Assembly (NCBI GenBank): GCA_963716655.1 | Contig: CAVQTV010000003.1 | Span: 55,820-119,819, forward strand | Reading direction: 5' to 3' | Origin: an uncultured Actinomycetota bacterium | GTDB taxonomy: Bacteria > Actinomycetota > Actinomycetes > Propionibacteriales > Nocardioidaceae | DNA length: 64,000 bases | Part shown: positions 59,939 to 64,000 of the stretch, in pieces | How positions within the stretch are numbered: the first letter of the stretch is position 1 | Layout: each line of letters begins with the position of its first letter | The notes under the pieces: model-generated | The model's database searches: none | Seen by the model: only the letters and a program-made list of their open reading frames with translations | Told to the model about the DNA's origin: nothing | Position numbers and translations under genes: made by a program

Positions 59939-62563
59939 ATGACCGACACCCAGAGCCAGGCCACGGAGACGACCAGCGCAGACCGACGCGCCGTCGTCGT
60001 ACCCGAGAAGCCTGCGCTCGAGGGGCTCGAGGCCACCTGGGGCGAGCGCTGGAAGGCGCGAGGACACCTACGCCTTCGACCGCACCCAGCCGCGCGAGAA
60101 CGTCTACTCGATCGACACCCCGCCGCCGACCGTGAGCGGCAGCCTGCACGTCGGCCACGTGTTCTCCTACACGCACACCGACCTGATCGCCCGCTTCCAG
60201 CGGATGCGCGGCAAGTCCGTCTTCTACCCGATGGGCTGGGACGACAACGGCCTGCCGACCGAGCGCCGGGTGCAGAACTACTTCGGCGTCCGCTGCGACC
60301 CGTCGCTGCCGTACGACGCCGACTTCACGCCCGCCGGAGAAGCCGGACCCGAAGAAGCAGATCCCGATCAGCCGGCCGAACTTCATCGAGCTCTGCGAGC
60401 AGCTGGTCGAGCAGGACGAGGAGGTCTTCGAGCAGCTGTGGCGCACGCTCGGCCTGTCGGTCGACTGGAAGCAGCACTACACGACGATCGGCGCCAAGTC
60501 GCAGACCGTCAGCCAGCGCGCGTTCCTGCGCAACTTCGCCCGCGGCGAGGCCTACCTCCAGGAGGCGCCGACCCTGTGGGACGTCACGTTCCAGACCGCG
60601 GTCGCCCAGGCCGAGCTCGAGGCGCGCGAGTACGCCGGCGCCTACCACCGGGTCGCGTTCCACAAGCCCGACGGCTCGCCCGTCTACATCGAGACCACCC
60701 GCCCCGAGCTGATCCCCAGCGTGGTCGCGCTGATCGCGCACCCCGACGACGAGCGCTACCAGCCGCTGTTCGGCACCACCGTCACCAGCCCGGTCTTCGG
60801 CGTCGAGATCCCGGTGGTCGCGCACCCCGCCGCCGAGATGGACAAGGGCGCCGGCATCGCCATGTGCTGCACGTTCGGCGACCTCACCGACGTCACCTGG
60901 TGGCGCGAGCTCGACCTGCCGGTCCGCACGCGTGATCGGCCGCGACGGCCGGCTGTCGCGCGAGACCCCGGAGTGGCTGGCGCACGAGCCGGCCGCGACG
61001 GCGTACGAGGACCTCAAGGGCAAGACCGCCTTCTCGGCCCGCGAGGCGGTCGTCGCGAAGCTCGCGCGAGTCCGGCGACCTCGACGGCGAGCCCAAGCCC
61101 ACCCAGCGGATGACGAACTTCTACGAGAAGGGCGACAAGCCGCTCGAGATCGTCGCCACCCGGCAGTGGTACATCCGCAACGGCGGCCGCGACGCCGCGC
61201 TGCGCGCGCGAGATGCTCGAGCGCGGCGCCGAGATCCAGTGGATCCCGGCGCACATGAAGCACCGCTACGACAACTGGGTCGGCGGCCTCAACGGCGACT
61301 GGCTGATCTCGCGGCAGCGGTTCTTCGGCATCCCGTTCCCGGTCTGGTACCCGCTCGACGCCGACGGCGAGCCCGACTACGACCACCCGCTGCTGCCCCG
61401 CGAGGACGAGCTGCCGATCGACCCGTCGACCGACGCCCCGAGCGGCTACACCGAGGACCAGCGCGGCAAGCCCGGCGGCTTCCTCGGCGACCCCGACGTG
61501 ATGGACACCTGGGCGACCTCGTCGCTGACGCCGCAGATCGCCGGCGGCTGGGAGTCCGACGACGACCTGTGGCAGCGGGTCTTCCCGATGGACCTGTGCA
61601 CCCAGGCGCACGACATCATCCGCACCTGGCTGTTCTCCCGCGTGGTCCGCGCGCACTTCGAGAACCACGCCGCGCCCGTGGTCGCACGCCCTGGTCTCCG
61701 GCTTCATCCTCGACCCGGACCGCAAGAAGATGTCGAAGTCCAAGGGCAACGTCGTCGTCCCGACCGACATCCTCGACAAGTACGGCGCGGACGCCGTCCG
61801 CTGGCGGGCCGCGATGGCCCGGCCCGGCCTGGACTCGCCGTTCGACGAGACCCAGATGAAGGTCGGCCGCCGGCTGGCGATGAAGGTCCTCAACGCGTCG
61901 AAGTTCGTGCTCGGCGGCGTCGGCGCGACCAGCGTCGAACCCGTTCGAGGTCTCCGAGCCGGTCGACTGCGCGCTGCTCGGCCAGCTCGGCCGAGGTCAT
62001 CACCAAGGCGACCGACGCGTTCGAGGCCTACGACTACACGACCGCGCTGGAGACGACCGAGAAGTTCTTCTGGGAGTTCTGCGACGACTACCTCGAGCTG
62101 GTCAAGGAGCGCGCGTACGACGAGGACGGCGGCGCCGCCACCGCGTCCGCGCGGGCCACGCTCGCGATCGCGCTCGACGTCCAGCTCCGGCTGCTCGCGC
62201 CGTTCCTGCCGTACGTGACCGAGGAGGTCTGGTCGTGGTGGCAGGAGGGCTCGATCCACCTGCGCCGCCTGGCCGACCGTCGTCGAGCTGGGCTCGGCCG
62301 CGGCCACCGACCCGACCACGCTGGACGCCGTGTCGGCCGCGCTGATCGGCATCCGCGGCGCGAAGTCGAACGCCAAGGTGTCGATGCGCGCCGAGCTGTC
62401 CCGCGTGGAGATCTCCGGCCCGGAGGCGCTGGTCCGCGCCGCCGAGCAGGCGGCCGGCGACCTGCGCAAGACCGGCAAGATCACCGGCGACCTGGTGTTC
62501 ACCGTCGACGAGTCGGCCACCGAGCTGGCGGTCGACGCCGAGCTGGCGCCGGTCGAGGAGTGA
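59939..62563 (+). CDS. valS: Valine--tRNA ligase, type 2-like (frameshifted)
   Basis: [15 protein letters not shown] (HIGH), [39 protein letters not shown] and [10 protein letters not shown]. Confidence 0.93.
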
Positions 62564-62577
62564 GCTAGCGCTCAGGC

Positions 62578-63530
62578 TCAGGGGCGGTGGCCGTGGCCGC
62601 GCAGCGCGTCGGCCAGGGCCTCGAGCAGGTCGCCCACCGAGCGGTCGCGGCCGTGACCGCGGTCGTCGTCGTCATCGTCGTCGTCGTGACCCCCGCCGTG
62701 GCCGTTGCCGTGGCCGTCGTCGTCGTCATCGTCGTCGTCGTGACCCCAGCCGTGGCCGTTGCCGTGGCCCCGGTCGTCGTCGTCGCCGTCGTCGTCGTCG
62801 TCGTCGTGACCCCAGCCGTGGCCGTTGCCGTGGCCCCGGTCGTCGTCGTCGCCGTCGTCGTCATCGTCGTCCGTCGTCGTGACCCCAGCCGTGACCGTTG
62901 CCGTGGCCACCCCAGTTGCTGCGCTCACCGTCGTCGTCACCGTTGTCGTCGGAGTCGTCGTCGCGGTCGGAGTCGCTCGACTGGTGGCCGGACGACCCGT
63001 GGTCGTCGTCATCGTCATCGTCGTCGTGGCCCCAGCCCCAGTTCAGGCCCTGGCCGCCCTTGTCGCCGACCCTTGTCGTCGTCCGAGTCGTCGTCCGGGT
63101 CGACGACGTCGACCACGTCGTCGACCAGGTCACCGACCGGGTTGCCCGGCACCAGGCCGCGACCGGGCTGGTCGGCGGCGGGCGGCTGCGGGTCGCGGCC
63201 GCCGCGGTCGGGCGTGCGGGTGGGGGTGGCGTCCGAGGACTCCTGGGCCTGCTGCGGGGCGGCCTCGCGGGTCGCCGGCGCCTCGGCGGCGATGACCACC
63301 GGCGGCTCGGCGGGCTCGGGCGCAGGCTCGACCAGATCCCCGCCGAGCACCTGCTGGGCCAGCATCGGACCGCCGGCGATCGTGGTCACCCCGTGCCGCA
63401 GCCAGGCAGGCGCAGCCTCGCTTCGCGCGATGTGGACCATCATGAACATGGTCGTCATCGCCACAAGCACAAACGCGGCGAGCGGTGCCTTGTGGTCACG
63501 GAAGAGCCGAGGACGGCGTAGGGGAGTCAT
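62578..63530 (-). CDS. Exported or membrane-anchored disordered protein with His/Gly/Asp tandem repeats (frameshifted)
   Basis: N-terminal hydrophobic segment (PLAAFVLVAMTTMFMMV), Pro/Ala/Glu linker, repeated GHGNGHGWGH-D6-8 units, and C-terminal helix SVGDLLEALADALRGHGHRP. Confidence 0.7.
62650..63045 (-). repeat. Imperfect coding tandem repeat (GHGNGHGWGH + poly-Asp)
   Basis: TGACCCC(A/C)GCCGTG recurs at about 62687, 62741, 62807 and 62880, separated by (GTC)n runs. Confidence 0.85.
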
Positions 63531-63728
63531 CGCGGCAAGTGTCCGGGACGGCAATCGGACGCAACAAGTCGGCGGCGCTCCCAAGGCCGAATATGGCCCG
63601 AATGGACTAGCGAATGATGGCCCGGAGTGGCCATCAAGTCCGGAGCCCGCTCAACCGCCCCGTCTGGGGTCCGGTCCGCTCATCTGGACCACCTGGGTCT
63701 CGATCGACGAACCGGCTTCGCCGGTTCG

Positions 63729-64000
63729 TCAGGCCGACTTCTTCTTCTTGGCCTCGGACTCGCGCGGGATCAGGGTCGGCGCGACGTCGTCGGTGACGAC
63801 CTCGCGGGTGACGATCACCTTGGCGACGTCGCCGCGGGAGGGCACGTCGTACATCACGTGGAGGAGGACCTCCTCGATGATCGCGCGCAGGCCGCGGGCG
63901 CCGGTGCCCCGCTCCATCGCCTTGTCGGCGATCGCCTCGATCGCGTCCTGGGTGAACTCCAGCTCGACGCCGTCGAGCTCGAAGAGCTTCTGGTACTGCT
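63729..64000 (-). CDS. clpX: ATP-dependent Clp protease ATP-binding subunit ClpX (3' end only)
   Basis: [15 protein letters not shown]...[25 protein letters not shown]. Confidence 0.93.
   Translation of the reverse strand, partial: QYQKLFELDGVELEFTQDAIEAIADKAMERGTGARGLRAIIEEVLLHVMYDVPSRGDVAKVIVTREVVTDDVAPTLIPRESEAKKKKSA

Noticed and set aside
62565..62864. Thr-rich mucin-like ORF (MTTTATTT...)
   Set aside because: It is the shifted-frame shadow of GAC/GGC/CAC codons. The Asp/His frame has G/C third positions and a sensible C-terminal helix.
62650..63045. Possible CRISPR-like repeat array
   Set aside because: The intervening segments are (GTC)n codon runs rather than unique spacers, the repeat lies within a coding region, and no cas genes are present.

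Overview
Very high-GC actinobacterial chromosome segment; gene content and order resemble Nocardioides/Propionibacteriales (inference). Most of it is housekeeping backbone: gatCAB, ligA, iscS-mnmA, proB-obgE-rpmA-rplU, RNase E, TIGR03960/TIGR03936 radical SAM genes, mreBCD-mrdA-rodA, ndk, folC, valS and the 3' end of clpX. Most long genes, including essential ones, carry 1-bp frameshifts, which points to long-read consensus error rather than pseudogenisation, so many gene ends below are stitched across frames by eye and are approximate. The most interesting element is a five-gene minus-strand operon at about 35952-39382, inside a ~7.5 kb accessory block. It encodes three TasA/CalY-like fibre subunits, a SipW-type signal peptidase, and a protein made of a SipW-type signal, a TasA-like N-terminal strand and two tandem CBM3 cellulose-binding modules. 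This is a candidate cellulose-anchored TasA-type fibre/pilus system. Also notable: a cobalamin-riboswitch-controlled ECF operon with two secreted proteins resembling the two halves of transcobalamin, a His/Asp tandem-repeat protein, an inverted type-2 valS, and a 52-aa ORF missing from the ORF track. No tRNA, rRNA, CRISPR array, integrase or transposase was seen. All family assignments come from motif recognition, not database searches.
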